A stretch of DNA of 64,000 nucleotides. It comes from Dendrobates tinctorius (lineage: Eukaryota). Below, in pieces: positions 12,990-27,760 of the stretch (the first letter of the stretch is position 1; each line of letters begins with the position of its first letter). A program made the position numbers and the translations under genes. The notes beneath the pieces were generated by a model. It saw only the letters and a list, made by a program, of their open reading frames with translations. It did not search any database and was not told the origin of the DNA. The stretch spans positions 1,302,001 through 1,366,000 of the forward strand of contig NW_027361957.1 of the NCBI RefSeq assembly GCF_039654945.1. Reading direction: 5' to 3'.

Positions 12990-13620
12990 GAAAAATAAAG
13001 AGCTAAAATATTCTGGTTGCATAAATTTGAACACCCTAAAACTAATACTTTATTGAAACTCCTTATGTATTTCTAACAGCATTCAAACTTTTGGGTAGGG
13101 GTCTATCAGCATGGTGCATTTGTAATTGGCAATTTTTGTCCATTGCTCCTTGCAGCAGTGCTCCAATTCTATCAGACTGCTGGGGCAACTCTTTTGTAAA
13201 GCTCTCTTCAGGTCACCCAGAGATTTTCAGTTGGATTCAGGTATAGTCTTTGACTGTATTGTGATCTTCTTTTGGCACACATCTTGTTGATTTAGAAGTA
13301 TGCTTATTGTCATTGTCATGCTGACAGGTGAAATTCCTCTTTATCTTAGACTTTTCAGTTTAGATCTGAAGATTTTGATGCAGGATTGACTAATATTTGA
13401 AATTTTTCAGAATTTCCTTTAACCTTGACTAAAGACCAAGTTCTAGCTGCTGAAAAACAGCACTAATGTCTAATGCTGCCACAACCATGCCACACTGTGG
13501 GTACAGTGTTCCTTTGGTGATGTGCAGTGTTGGCTTTTCTATAAACGTACCCTTTAGAATTAGGAGCAAAAAGGTCAACTTTAACTGCATTTAACCATAA
13601 CATGTTTTTCCCAAAAAATC
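12990..13620 (-). mobile_element. Old degraded Tc1 fragment
   Basis: Similar to the Tc1 transposase 3' region (CTAATACTT.., TGGATTCAGG.., CATTGTCATGCTG, CCACAACCATGC) seen in the intact Tc1 copies. Confidence 0.55.
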
Positions 13621-14507
13621 AACTGCCTATCTCATAATGTGTTAGTGTTGTAACATTGCACCTTTCAAGCAATCAGAATACAGTGACCTGTCATAGGTGA
13701 TCGCTTGCTCTTTGGTAATGACCCAGGGGTGTTTTTATTAATCTTCTAGGTAAAGGAAATGTTTTTTTTTTTATTCAATATTCCAATTTAGAAACCATGC
13801 AACCTGTGACTATATTGTATGTTGTTGCCACATGTCTTTTTCTAGGAATCAACCTACCTGTAACTACTTACAGTGGGGGAAATAAGCATTTGATCCATTG
13901 CTGACTTTGTGAGTTTGCCCACTGACAAAGACACAAACAGTCTATAATTTTAAGGCAGGTTCATTTTAACATTGATAGATAGAATATCAAAAATAAAATC
14001 CAGAAAATCACATTGTATAAATTAGATACATTTATTTGCCTTTTGCAGTGAGAAATAATTATTTGATCCCTCTGGCAAACAAGACTTAATACTTGGTGGC
14101 AAAATGCTTGTTGGCAAGCACAGCAGTCAGACGTTTTTGTAGTTGATGATGAGGTTTGTGCACATGTCAGTAGGAATTTTGGTCCACTCGTCTTTGCAGA
14201 TTATCTCTAAATTATTAAGATTTTGAGGCTGTCGCTTGGCAACTCGGAGCTTCAACTCCCTCCAAAAGTTTTCTATGAGAATAAGGTCTGGTCAAAGAGA
14301 TCAATTTTTGTCTCATCTGACCACAGCACCTTCTCCCAATCCCTCACAGAATCATCTAGGTGTTCATTGGCAAACTTCCGACGGGCCTGCACATGTGCCT
14401 TCTTGAGCAGGGGACTTTGCGGGCACTGCAAGATTTCAAACCTTTACAGCGTAATGTGTTACCAATGGCTTTCTTGTTGACTGTGGTCCCAGCCTTGAGA
14501 TCATTAA

Positions 14508-15468
14508 CCTTTTAATGACCTGAGATTTTTTCAACTTTTCGCTTTCATTTTTCACTCCCTTTCTTCCAGAACCATAACTTTTTTATTTTTCAGTCAACAT
14601 GACCATGTGAGGGCTTATTTTTTGCAGGATGAGTTGTACTTTTGAACAACACCACTGGTTATAGTGTACTCGAAAATGGGGAAAAAATTCCAAGTGCTGT
14701 GAAATTGCAAAAAAAGTGCAATCCCACACTTGTTTTTTGTTTGGCTTTTTTGCTAAGTTCACTAAATGCTAAAACTGATCTACCATTATGATTCTACAGG
14801 TCATTACAAGTTCATAGACACCAAACATGTCTAGGTTCTCTTTTATCTAAGTGGTGAAACAAAATTCCAAAGTTTGCAAAAAAAAAAGATGAGCAATTAT
14901 CCAAGAACCGTAGCGTCTCCATTTTTTGTGATCTCGGGTCGGGTGAGAGCTTATTTTTTGATACCACATTTTTAATGATATCACTTTTGTGCAGATTTGT
15001 TCTTTTGATTGCCCGTTATTGCATTTTAATGCAATGTCACGGCGACCAAAAAGCATAATTCTGGCGTTTTGATTTTTTTCTCGCTATGCCGTTTAGCGAT
15101 CAGGTTAATCCTTTTTTATTGATATATCGAGCTATTCTGAATGCGGTGATACCAAATATGTGTAGGTTTGATTTTTTATTGTTTTATTTTGATTGGGGCG
15201 AAAGGGGGGTGATTTAAACTTTTCTGTTTTTTTATTTTTTTATTTTTAAACACTTTTTTTACTTTTGGCATGCTTCAATAGTCTCCATAGGAGGCTAGAA
15301 GCATGCCATACTTGATTGGCGATTCCGCCCTCACCTATTGCTGGCACATTTCAGCTGTTTATAACAGCTGACATGTCATGACTCTGAGGTGGGCTCACTG
15401 CTGCAGCCGACCTCAAACTGGGGGATACCCACAGCTGACGCAATAGTACGTCAGCGGTCATAAAAGGG
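14508..15468. mobile_element. Non-autonomous piggyBac-like TTAA element nested in Tc1 A
   Basis: TTAA|CCTTTTAATGACC ... GGTCATAAAAGGG|TTAG; removing it restores the Tc1 sequence GAGATCATTAACAAGTTCC. Confidence 0.75.
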
Positions 15469-15750
15469 TTAGCAAGTTCCCCCTTGTAGTTTTGGGCTGA
15501 TCTTTCACCTACCTTCCTCATGATCAAGGATACCCCACGAGGTGAGCTTTTGCATGGTGCCCCAGATCGATGCCATTTGAAAGTCATTTTTCATTTCTTC
15601 CATGTTTTTACTATTGCACCAACAGTTGTCTCCTTCTCACCCAGCATCTTGCTTATGTTTTTGCAGCCCATTCCAGCTTTTTGCAGGTCTATAATCTTGT
15701 CCCTGACATCCTTAGAAAGCTCTTTGGTCTTTCTCATATTGTAGAGGTTA

Positions 15751-16218
15751 GGGCCCCATCAGACATAGCGATCTCGCTAGCTGACACAACAGCGATCTCA
15801 CCAGTGAGATCGCTGTGTATGACAGCGATCAGCGACCGCGCCTCCTGCTGGTATTGCTGATCGTTCTTGGAAACCTCTGGACTTTTCTTTGGTCGCTGGT
15901 CTCCCGCTTGCCAGCACGCATCGCTGCGTGTGACAGGCGGGAGACCAGCGATCAGCTGGTAACTAACGTACACATCAGGTATTCAAGGGACTTGCGTCCT
16001 TTAGATACCCGATGTGTATGTTAGTTACCAGCTCCCTGCATCAGCGCGCTGGCAACTAATGTACACAGCGACCCCGCGCGCTCGGCGTCGCTGTGCTGAT
16101 TGCTGGTGAAGCTGTCTGCTTGACAGCTCACCAGCGATCATGTAGCGACTTACCAGCGATCCTGACACGTTGATATCGTTGTTGGGATCACTGGTAAGTC
16201 GCTATGTGTGACTCCAGC
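15751..16218. mobile_element. PIF/Harbinger-type MITE nested in Tc1 A
   Basis: TTA TSD on both sides; imperfect TIRs GGCCCCATCAGACATAGCGA / TCGCTATGTGTGACTCCAGC. Confidence 0.75.
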
Positions 16219-16400
16219 TTAAGAATCTGACTAATTAATTGAGTCTGTGGACAGGAGTCTTTTATAAAGCTGACTATGTAAGACAGCTGTCTTCAATGCA
16301 AGTAATGAGTTGATTAGGAGTGTCTAATTGATCTGTGGGAGCCAGAACTCTTAATGGTTGGTAGGGCATCAAATACTTATTTCTCACTGCAAAATGCAAA

Positions 16401-16843
16401 CAGGAAAGATGTATATCTTTGTACCTTGTTAACCAGTAGATAGAAAAAAATTCAGAATTGAGAGTCCTCAGTGGTTGACACCTTTTAATGACTAACTTAA
16501 AAGATGGTAACGCATTGCAAGCTTTCGAGACTACTCAGGTCTCTTCATCAGGCATTGACTAATACAACATCTGAAGAATCATATATATATGCACAACACA
16601 GGACAGAAAAAATGCAATAGGTAAGACAAGTGACGTGAAGCAGAATTATCATTATGGGATAAGGAGAAACATAAATATTGGACTAGTTCATAGATAAGGA
16701 TTCTGGATGTTTTATTGTCCTCTCATTGGGGTCTCCTAATGTGTTGTGATGCCCCCACAAGGTCTTAGGAGCAAATTCCTTAATTGATGTAAAAAGACAT
16801 AAATCCATGCGACACATTCATTCCAGCACTGAGAGTGTCAAAG
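16401..16843 (-). mobile_element. Penelope-like element 3' fragment nested in the Tc1 A TIR
   Basis: C-terminal peptide FDTLSAGMNVSHGFMSFYIN*, typical of PLE GIY-YIG ends; hammerhead motif; flanking TGCAAA duplication (16395-16400, 16844-16849). Confidence 0.75.
16513..16557 (-). ncRNA. Minimal type I hammerhead ribozyme motif (Penelope-associated)
   Basis: CAAUGC-CUGAUGA-A-GAGAC(cugagua)GUCUC-GAAA-GCUU-GCAAUG. Confidence 0.7.
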
Positions 16844-17414
16844 TGCAAATAAATTTATACAATTTATACAATGAGATTTTCTGGATTTTATTTTTGATAT
16901 TTCTCAATATTTCTTTGATATCTTTCAATGTTAAAATTAACCTACCCTTAAAATTATAGACTGTTCATGTCTTTGTCAGTGGGCAAACTTACAAAATCAG
17001 CAAGGGATCAACTATCTATTTCCCCCACTGTAGTAACACAGGATTTTGGGATTACATTTAATTTTTTCATCATTGGCTGATAATTTAAAAAGATGAATAA
17101 TTTAAAAAATATATAAAAACACATAAAAGAAAAAGTTGCTACATTTTATTTACGGTGAGTGTAAAGACAGTTTTTTAAATTCAGGAATTGTTGTTAAAGG
17201 GAAGAAGAATTTAAACCAAAAAATATATAAAAAAGCATAAAAAGAGGTTAATTGGTAGTGTAAAAAAAATGAAAAGATGATACACACATTTTTTTCTTTG
17301 CACAATGGTTTTAGTATTGTAATTTGGCAACTGTATAACACAGTAGATAGGTAGCAGTAGGATATTGAAGTGGAGGGCTATGTTAAGTTGGCACAGGCAA
17401 GAAACCAGGCTTAA

Positions 17415-17820
17415 GGGCCTGTCACACCAAGTGATATCGCTAGCAATATCGCTATAACGTCACCGATTTTGTGACGTTATAGCAATATTGCTAGCGATAT
17501 TGCTATGTCTGATACTTACCTCTGACCGGCTCCCCCGCTGCTCATCGCTGTTCGCGCGAGAACGTCCTGGACCGTTTCTAGTCATCAGCTTCCTGCTGGG
17601 CTTCCTGTGGCGCCGACGAGCGACGCATGGATGCGGGCGGGAGTACGTCAGGATAGCCTCATCTGACAGGTAAGTAGCGACCCCTGACCCCTGCTAAGTC
17701 GGTGGTGAGATCTGCCTGTGTGGCAGCTCACTAACGACCACTTAGCGATGCACCAGCGATCCTGACCGCGTCATATCACTGGTGGAGATCGCTGGTGCAT
17801 CGCTAAGTGTGACACTACCG
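17415..17820. mobile_element. PIF/Harbinger-type MITE
   Basis: TAA|GGGCCTGTCACAC ... GTGTGACACTACCG|TAA; same family as 7691-8047. Confidence 0.75.
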
Positions 17821-18142
17821 TAACAGAGTGAAAATGTTGGCAATGATGATGCTGGTCATGTTGAAAAATCTTTACAGTTGAGTAATGAAAGTAAACCAAT
17901 GGGGTCCTAGGTTGCGTTGAAGAACTTGGCAAGCTGTGTATTGGAATCCTTGTGGAATAAATACCATCAAACAAAACGATGACTACTAGATAGTCATGCT
18001 TTTAGATTCTTGCAATAAAAGTAAAATAAAGATTTAAAAAAAAAAAGTTTCTGAAAGATGTTCAAATTGGCTTAATACCAGAATAAGCTTTGTTAACTGC
18101 TTTTCAAAGCTTTTTCTAGCAGATGCCTAATCATTTGACTTA

Positions 18143-18616
18143 GGCCTGTTTCACACATCTGTTTGTCTCCATCAGTCAAAATCCGCTGTTTTGCAAAAAA
18201 ACGGATCCACCATTTTTCTTGGCGAATCCGTTTTTTTCCCATTGACTTGCATTATCGGTGGATCTTGACGGATGGTCATTCGTTGAATCCATTTTTTTAC
18301 AGATCCGCCAAAATTTTGGCGTCCGCTGACATGACAGGACGGACAATGAAACGTTTTTTAGGCTGGCCGGATCTGCATTTGTCACTGCGCATGCCCGGAA
18401 GCATTGCCTTTGGCGGAAATTTAACCCTAAATCCCGTTCTGGTAGCTGGTAAAAATATATCTCTCTCTCCGGGCACGGGTTCCTTTAAATGTCTGCCTTC
18501 CCTGGATCCGTCAAATCAACGGTCCGGTAGCACACGTTGCTTTCAAAACGGTTGCGGATCCCTATCCCGCCATTTTGATTGCAGCTGATGTAAAAGACGG
18601 ATGTGTGAAACAGGCC
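18143..18616. mobile_element. PIF/Harbinger MITE
   Basis: TIR GGCCTGTTTCACACATC / GATGTGTGAAACAGGCC; TTA TSD. Confidence 0.88.
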
Positions 18617-18710
18617 TTACCAGTAAACCCATTTGTTATCCTGCATGTATTATCATTATGGTTGCATCAGATACTGTATATGCGACAGCATCAGCAATAG
18701 ATATCATATA

Positions 18711-20342
<1,632 letters not shown>

Positions 20343-20886
20343 TATATTACATGAGAGACCAGATACAGTATTTTACTTGCCATGGTGACAACATTACACA
20401 TGTTAGAAAACAGTGATGTAATAGCAAAACAATCAGGTTCAGCCTTACCAAGGCTGTGTTCTTTCTCAAGAAGATACCACAAGCCACAATCCCATTGACT
20501 TCTGGTTCAGTTATTTAGAACAATGGCAAGAACTGTTGAAGTTTACTTAAGTGTTCTGTCCTTTCCAACCTCCATTGTAACTTCAGGGTATTAAGCAAAA
20601 GATTTAAAAACCTGACATTTGTCAGAATGAATCAGACATGTGTCAGTGGTGACTTTTATTCACCTACAGATGATGCCAATGATTAGAATGGTGATACCAT
20701 CTGCATGTTAGACTTTCCATTGTCTGTCTTCTACAGTTCATAGTTCCACCTCTGCCAGTACCATTGGCCAATGCACTGCAGGGCATATACTCCGTGTCTA
20801 TAATTTCATCTATATTGTCATACTGCTGTTAGACCTGCACTGCCAGGCATGCCCTTGCTTGCCCTTTCAATTTTTGCATGATACAG

Positions 20887-21811
20887 TGTTAGATGCCAGG
20901 AATCTCCCTCTGCACAGGGTAGATCCCAAGCCTTATCTCTCTCTGTGGTCCCCCATTCAGCTTCAAACCCAGTGGGTGCTGCTCAGCAGAGACATTGGTC
21001 TCAGCGTCTTGCTCAGAATGATGCTGTGCGCTTTGTTTCTGCTTGCTCTCCAGCTTCAGCTATAGTAACTAGCAAAAGGCAGTGGTGAACAGACATTCCT
21101 GAAACTAAGTCCGGGAATCACCCTACTGGGCATGCTCGTAAGGTGGCGACCTCTCATTGGTGGTCAGTCGTCAGCTGCTCCAGTGATGGTCCATGAGCAA
21201 ATTCCTGTCCAACTGGACTTAAGAGCACTCTATAAAAGAGTCTTTGGGGTGCCCTGCGGCGCGCTAAGATCATTTACGGATGTGTGTGTGTGGGTGGAGA
21301 CTCTGTCACTCTGTCGGTGTATATGAGCATCTAGTTTTACATAGAGAGGCAGGTTTTTCATTGGCCTGGCCTAGCACCTGTCTTGGCCACATGTGCTGTT
21401 AGCACGGGCTGCTTACAAGGCACAGTCAAACCTCACTGCTTTAACCCTTTTGTTTTGGGTATAGCACACTTCTCTTTTGGTACCGTTTGGCAGTTAACTG
21501 AGCTTGATACTCTCACTTTTGTGACACTCAGTGGAGCTGAATTAGTTAGTTGTATTTTTGATGCCACTCGGCGGTTAGCTGAGCTGGTATTCCTCAGTCA
21601 GTGCTCAAACCTCTGACAAGTTATCAGAGTAGGGTAATCTGCACTCAGTCCAAACAGGGTGACATTTAACCCCATGTGTTCTTGGTGATCGCTCGCCACA
21701 CTGCTCTGTCATTACTCACTAGCAGCAGGCTAACATCTCTGCACGGTGGACCCCGGGTTGTGATCGCTGTAAATAAAGTAACTAATAAAGTGTGATCCGC
21801 CAACCCTAACA
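20887..21811 (+). mobile_element. Gypsy solo LTR
   Basis: TGTTAG...CTAACA termini; 5-bp TSD TACAG. Confidence 0.9.
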
Positions 21812-22364
21812 TACAGCTTCTGCTTCTGCCACTGCGCATTAATGCCAGCCACACATCTCCTTGCTGAACACTGTGCTTTATAATACTATACTTCACTGCT
21901 GCATCAAAAATGGTTAACCCTACACTACGAGACATTTCCTTGACTGACAGTTCAAATTTCTCTGATTTGCAGCTTATGCTGCTTTCACTACCACTGCATA
22001 GTTTCAATAGCCACATATCTTCTGTTTGCCTACTCTGTTTAATAGCTAAACTATTTGGATGACAGGAAGTGCACTATATTGATGGCACACAAACAGGAAA
22101 CTGTTCCTAAAATAAGGCTAATTTTTTGTTTGGCTTGTTGACACCAATTGATTCTTCACTTTAAAAACAGAAATCTTTTTCCTGCTCCCTAAAAAAGGGG
22201 TCATTTTTGTATGGACTGATAAAAGCCTTTGTAATTGATTAATGAGTTTGACAATAGAAACAAGTTGCACATCCAACAAAAGGGATAATTCTTTTCACTC
22301 CTATTTGGTTACTTCTCCATTTTTAGTACATGATGTACTGCAGGAATTAAAATCTAGTATTTAC

Positions 22365-22458
22365 CTGCCAGATGCACCACTTGTACAGAAGTGTAGAAGA
22401 GAGCTACATCCCTCTGCCCTGTCACTGGTTTCGCTCAGCTTCTTCTTGATTTTGATTC
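22365..22458 (-). CDS. Putative 94-bp internal exon of the host gene, xIKIKKKLSETSDRAEGCSSLLHFCTSGASG(R)
   Basis: Acceptor TTTTACTGCAG, donor CAG|GTAAAT; ends in phase 2 (AG) and joins the G of exon 10624-10652 to make AGG. Confidence 0.55.
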
Positions 22459-22665
22459 CTGCAGTAAAACCTGTTTTCTTGCAGCACAATTTTCATGCAA
22501 ATGCTCTTTAATCAATACAGTCATGCAGTGTACACATGCAGACTGTATAGAACAATTTTTTTTCACTATGGGAATCCCCCATCCTTACAGCTCCCCTGTG
22601 AGTTTTGCTAGGAGGAATGGTGTAAAGGATGTATTGGCAGTTTTCATTTGATTAGAATAATTGCC

Positions 22666-23479
22666 ATATGTTGGAGCAGTGGGCAGCAACTAACAGAATG
22701 GTTTTTAACAGGGAAAAATGCAAAGTACTACATCTGGGCAATAAAAATGAAAAAAGCATATACAGAATGGGGGGAATAGGGCTAAGCAACGGCTCATGTG
22801 AAAAAGAATTGGGTATACTAATAGATCACAGACTGAATATGAGTCAACAGAGTGATGCAGCAGCAAAAAGGAAAATGCAATTCTAGGATGTATTAACAGA
22901 AGCACACAGTCTAGATCACGTGAAGTCATTATTGCCCTTTACTCCTTTTTGGTCAGACCTCATCTGGGTCCAGACCTCATCTGTGTCCAGTTTTTGGGCG
23001 CCACATTTAAAAAAGACATCAACAAACAGGAGCAAGTTCAGAAAAGAGCGACCAGACTGGTGACCGGTTTGCAAACCCTGTCTTATGAGGAAAGGTTGCA
23101 GGATTTGGGAATGTTTAGCTTGCAAAAGAAAAGACTGAGAGGAGACTTAATAGCTGTCTATAAATATCTCAAGGGCTGTCACATTGTAGAAGGATAATCT
23201 TTATTCTCATTTGCACAAGGAAAGACTAGAAGCAGTGGGACGAAACTGAATGGGAGGAGACACAGATTAGATATTAGAAAAAACTTTTTGACAGTTAGAG
23301 TGATCAATGAGTGGAACAGGCTGCCACGAGAGGTGGTGAGTTCTCCTTTAATAGAAGTCTTCAAACAGAGGCTGGACAGACATCTGTCTGGGATAATTTA
23401 GCAAATCCTGCTTTGAGCAGGGGGTTGGAGTAGATGGCCCAGGAGGTCCCTTCCAACTCTACGATTCTATGATTCTATG
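22666..23479 (+). mobile_element. CR1 LINE 3' fragment
   Basis: [44 protein letters not shown]; CR1 tail (ATTCTATG)n. Confidence 0.92.
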
Positions 23480-23623
23480 TTCTTTTTCTATCAATTAAAC
23501 TGCATGGACCAAAAGTCTCACTTTGTATAATGAACAGTTTACAATTGTTATTATAATTAGGCCTGGCACTGCAATAATACAGATATTTATTTATTTTCTG
23601 TGCATATAATATTAGATTGTGTG

Positions 23624-24835
23624 TAATAGTGTTGGCAGGTTGCTAAATAAAATATGAAATAAAGTGCAATCGCAACCTGGGGTCCACCGTGCAATGAGGA
23701 ACCCTGCTGCTAGTGTGAATAATGATGGAACAAAACAGTGAGCATTACCTTAAGCACATTGTGTTAACACCTCACAGTGTGATTGGAACACTGAGTACCA
23801 AGCTCAGTTACTTCACCGAGAGGTTCTGCACTAAGTGTGCTAAGTGCTAACCCCTGTTCACGTCACAGGGATGTTAGCACAAGGATAAGGGTTGCTTTGC
23901 AACTACACTGTGATAACCGCACACATGAATGAAGCAGATGCTGAGCCAATAGAAAGAACTCTTATGATGCTAAGTCCGATACCCTGTCGCCTTCATAGAG
24001 AAGTATAGTGTAAGGGTTGAGCTTACTGTGCAACTGGACTGTGCTAACAGCACACAAGAAGGAAACAGATGCTTAACCAAGAGGCCAGCTACCCCAGTCC
24101 TGACACTACTGAACCTGTGCCTGACTGGCACCCAAAGCATGTAACAGACTAGAGTCTCAGGCAGAGAGCCATGGGTATGAAATTGCACAAGTGTGCAACC
24201 TGCCTGCCAGCGTATAAAGGCTCAAGCAAAGACAGACACACAAACGTGCGGACAGAGTGGTAGGGTATCCACCCACACACACCAAATGTAAATAACACTA
24301 GCGGGTCCACATGTACCACTGAGAGCCTTTTATACACTAGGCTCCACCCCAAACATACAAGCCCAGTCGGACGAGACATTGCCCATGGCCCAATCTGGAG
24401 CTGCCACATCATCAGAATAGCCAATGTCCAACCACCAATGAGAAGACGCCACATCATGGACGTGCCCAGTCAGGTGATCTCTGGACTTACACTCCAGAGT
24501 GCAAGACTGCACCTGCACATCACTGGCTACCACAGACTTGGCTGAAGAACCCGCAATAACCAAACATATACCATGAGCCTGAGCAAGACAGTGGGATCGA
24601 CGTCTGTGCTGAGCAGCAATTGTAGCAGGCGGACCTGAATGGGAGACCGCAGGACCAGATAATGCTTGAGAGCTATTCCACGCAGCAGGAAAATCCTGAT
24701 GCCTAACATTACCCACCGCTAGCATCCCCCGGTGATGTTTGCCATTATTAGCCAGACCTGGTGTCAGTGTACTGCTAGAGTTGGTGGATTGCACTAAATA
24801 AAATATGAAATAAAGTGCAATCACAACACCTAACA
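23624..24835 (-). mobile_element. Collapsed Gypsy element: 63-bp remnant 5' LTR, 64-bp internal region, ~1.08-kb 3' LTR
   Basis: TSD GTGTG (23619-23623, 24836-24840); PPT-like GGGGGATGCTAGCGGTGGGTAA matches 5893-5914. Confidence 0.75.
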
Positions 24836-25273
24836 GTGTGTCCTTCATCTTTCAGCACCATTTCCTATTTAATAAAAAAAATATTTTAGAGTAATTTAGG
24901 TTTCACTTCCTTATTATTGGGTTAATGCGTAATCCTAATTTATGGCTATACAAAATATGAAAAAAAGTGAGGTTTGACTTGTCATTTATAAAGTAGAACT
25001 ATGTCAATTTTCATTGACCATGTTATTTTAGTTATCAGACACTGATTAGTACAAGTTAGTTTTAAAAATGTGGGCAAAATAAAATAGTTAAAGGTAAATA
25101 TTTATTTGACTCAGGTCTAGGTCAGTGGAGTTGAATAATGTAAAGTTAATTTATATGCAGGATATTAATTATGTTTCCAGGCTTCTTCATGTAGCAGGTA
25201 GATTGACAAAGTTAGACCGCCATTTGTGGATGACTTGATCACTGTTAGCTTCTGTTACCTCTTCTGCACTGCT

Positions 25274-25425
25274 AATTTATACAATGTGATTTTCTGGATT
25301 TTATTTTTGATATTCTATCTCTCAATGTTAAAATTAATCTACCCTTAAAATTATAGACTGTTCATATCTGTCAGTGGGAAAACTCACAAAATCAGCAAGG
25401 GATCAAATAATTATTTCCTTCACTG
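25274..25425. mobile_element. Isolated Tc1 TIR fragment (family of element A), followed by (TATG)n/(TA)n to ~25480
   Basis: Near-identical to 16860-17030; ends CACTG|TA. Confidence 0.85.
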
Positions 25426-25443
25426 TATGTGTATGTATGTATG

Positions 25444-25485
<42 letters not shown>

Positions 25486-26539
25486 ATACATGTACTGTAT
25501 AAATACTTAATGAAGAATATAAGCTCTGACATTCTTAGTGTACAGTTGCTAGGAAACCATCTGTCCATTATGTCAAATGTTGTAATGTTAATGTTGTATC
25601 CACTAACCATCCAAAGTAAATCATTCAGAGAGTTATACAGAAGGGAAATCTCTTTACTTTGAATTATATGCTTTGCAAGTATATTTCCTATCTTTAGTCA
25701 AATCTTTTGTCAGAAGAATTTCCACATAAATATTGATTGAAATATTTAATAAAAGCAAACAAATATTTTAACAATAAGTATAATCTAAGGTATAAACAAA
25801 ACAAACATATGCTTTACTTCCCGTAAAACATTATCTAGAACTATTACTTTTACTTTAATTACAATCATTTAACTTTCATTTAACTATTGTAATAGTTAGT
25901 GGTCTGTGGAGGCTTCACCACATCAGATAATGTGATGAACCATTAAGATGTTAGCATAGTTCAATATCAATTGATTTTTTGCTTATGTCTAAAGACTGAT
26001 TAAAGCTATTTATAGATTAACCATAATCTGTATTTTTGCCCTTTGCTGGGCAATAGTATATTCACCAAAGGATGAATTGTTCTGCAAAGTCTTGCAACAA
26101 AGGATCCTGATCAATGCAAAGTTAAAAAAATTGTGCATGAAATGTAATATTCCTGGGTAAATGAGCTTCATGATAGTTGGCCAAAATGTAATTCTGAATA
26201 TTATTGCAAGTGTATTACATTTACATGTAATGTTCTGGGGTTAATTTAACTCTCTCAGCCAGGACCAGATTTAACTAAAGGCATAGTAACTGTATATCCT
26301 ATGGAAGGACACTTACTACAAAAATAAAATAACCTGTTAATTAGTGTTGAGCATTCCGATACCGCAAGTATCGGGTATCGGCCGATACTTGCTGTATCGG
26401 AATTCCGATACCGACTTCCGATATTTTTTCAATATCGGAATTCGGCATCGGAATCGGAAGTTCAGTTGATTGACGGCCTGACGTCATCATGATGCGCGGT
26501 GTGTGCGCATCATGATGCGCCGTCATTTCGGGCCTTCCG

Positions 26540-26730
26540 GGGGTCTCTGCCGGCCTGCCGGGGGGCTGTGCCGGCCTGCCGGGGGGCTGTGTGGACTGCC
26601 CGGGGTCTGTACCGGACTGCCGGGGGGCTGTGCCGGCCTGCCGGTGGTCTGTGCACCCTGTGGGGGTCTGTACCGGCCTGCCGGGGGGCTGTGCCGGCCT
26701 GCCGGGGGGCTGTGCTGATGTCCGGGGGTC
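26540..26730. repeat. 21-bp GC-rich minisatellite GCCGGCCTGCCGGGGGGCTGT (mirrored at ~29460-29680)
   Basis: Direct reading; also at ~48055-48245 and ~50560-50780. Confidence 0.9.
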
Positions 26731-26886
26731 TGTGCAAGCATCGTCCGATGGGACTACAAGTCCCATCGGGCGATGCCTGCTACCATGACAGTGATTGACA
26801 CATTAGCCAATGATGGGACAGTAGTAGTCCCATCATCCGGCTAATGTGTTAAATGTTAAAAAAAAAAATAAAAAAAAAAAAAAAAA

Positions 26887-27760
26887 TACTACATACATAC
26901 TACATGCATGCTACATACATACTACATACATACTACATGCATGCTACATACATACTACATATATACTACATACATACTACATACATGCTACATACATACT
27001 GCATGCTACATACATACATACTACATACATACTACATGCATGCTACATACATACTACATATATACTACATACATGCTGCATGCTACATACATACTACATA
27101 CATACTACATACATGCTACATGCATGCTACATACATACTACATATATACTACATGCATGCTACATACATACTACATGCTACATACATACTACATATATAC
27201 TACATACATACTACATACATGCTACATACATACTGCATGCTACATACATACTACATACATACTACATGCATGCTACATACATACTACATATATACTACAT
27301 ACATACTACATACATGCTACATACATACTGCATGCTACATACATACATACTACATACATACTACATGCATGCTACATACATACTACATATATACTACATA
27401 CATGCTGCATGCTACATACATACTACATACATACTACATACATGCTACATGCATGCTACATACATACTACATATATACTACATGCATGCTACATACATAC
27501 TACATGCTACATACATACTACATATATACTACATACATACTACATACATGCTACATACATACTGCATGCTACATACATGCTACATACATACTACATACAT
27601 ACTACATACATACTACATGCATGCTACATACATACTACATGCATGCTACATACATACTACATGCATGCTACATACATACCACATACATACTACATGCTAC
27701 ATACATACCACATATATACTACATACATACAATACATTCATACAATACATACATAGACAT
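26887..27760. repeat. Compound TACA/TAC/TGCA satellite, left arm of copy 1
   Basis: Mosaic of 7/11-bp units (TACATACATAC, TACATGC). Confidence 0.95.

Larger units (their letters stand above)
13871..17030 (-). mobile_element. Tc1 element A, internally deleted, carrying three nested insertions
   Basis: TA|CAGTGGGGGAAATA ... TATTTCCCCCACTG|TA; ~200-bp TIRs; C-terminus [16 protein letters not shown] at ~14086. Confidence 0.9.

Noticed and set aside
20350-22020. Possible very old hAT transposase remnants around the solo LTR
   Set aside because: Only faint motif similarity; too degraded to call by eye
26341-26798. Pro/Gly/Arg-rich ORFs (also at 29354-29843, 47854-48311, 50454-50943)
   Set aside because: Translations of a 21-bp GC-rich minisatellite, open on both strands
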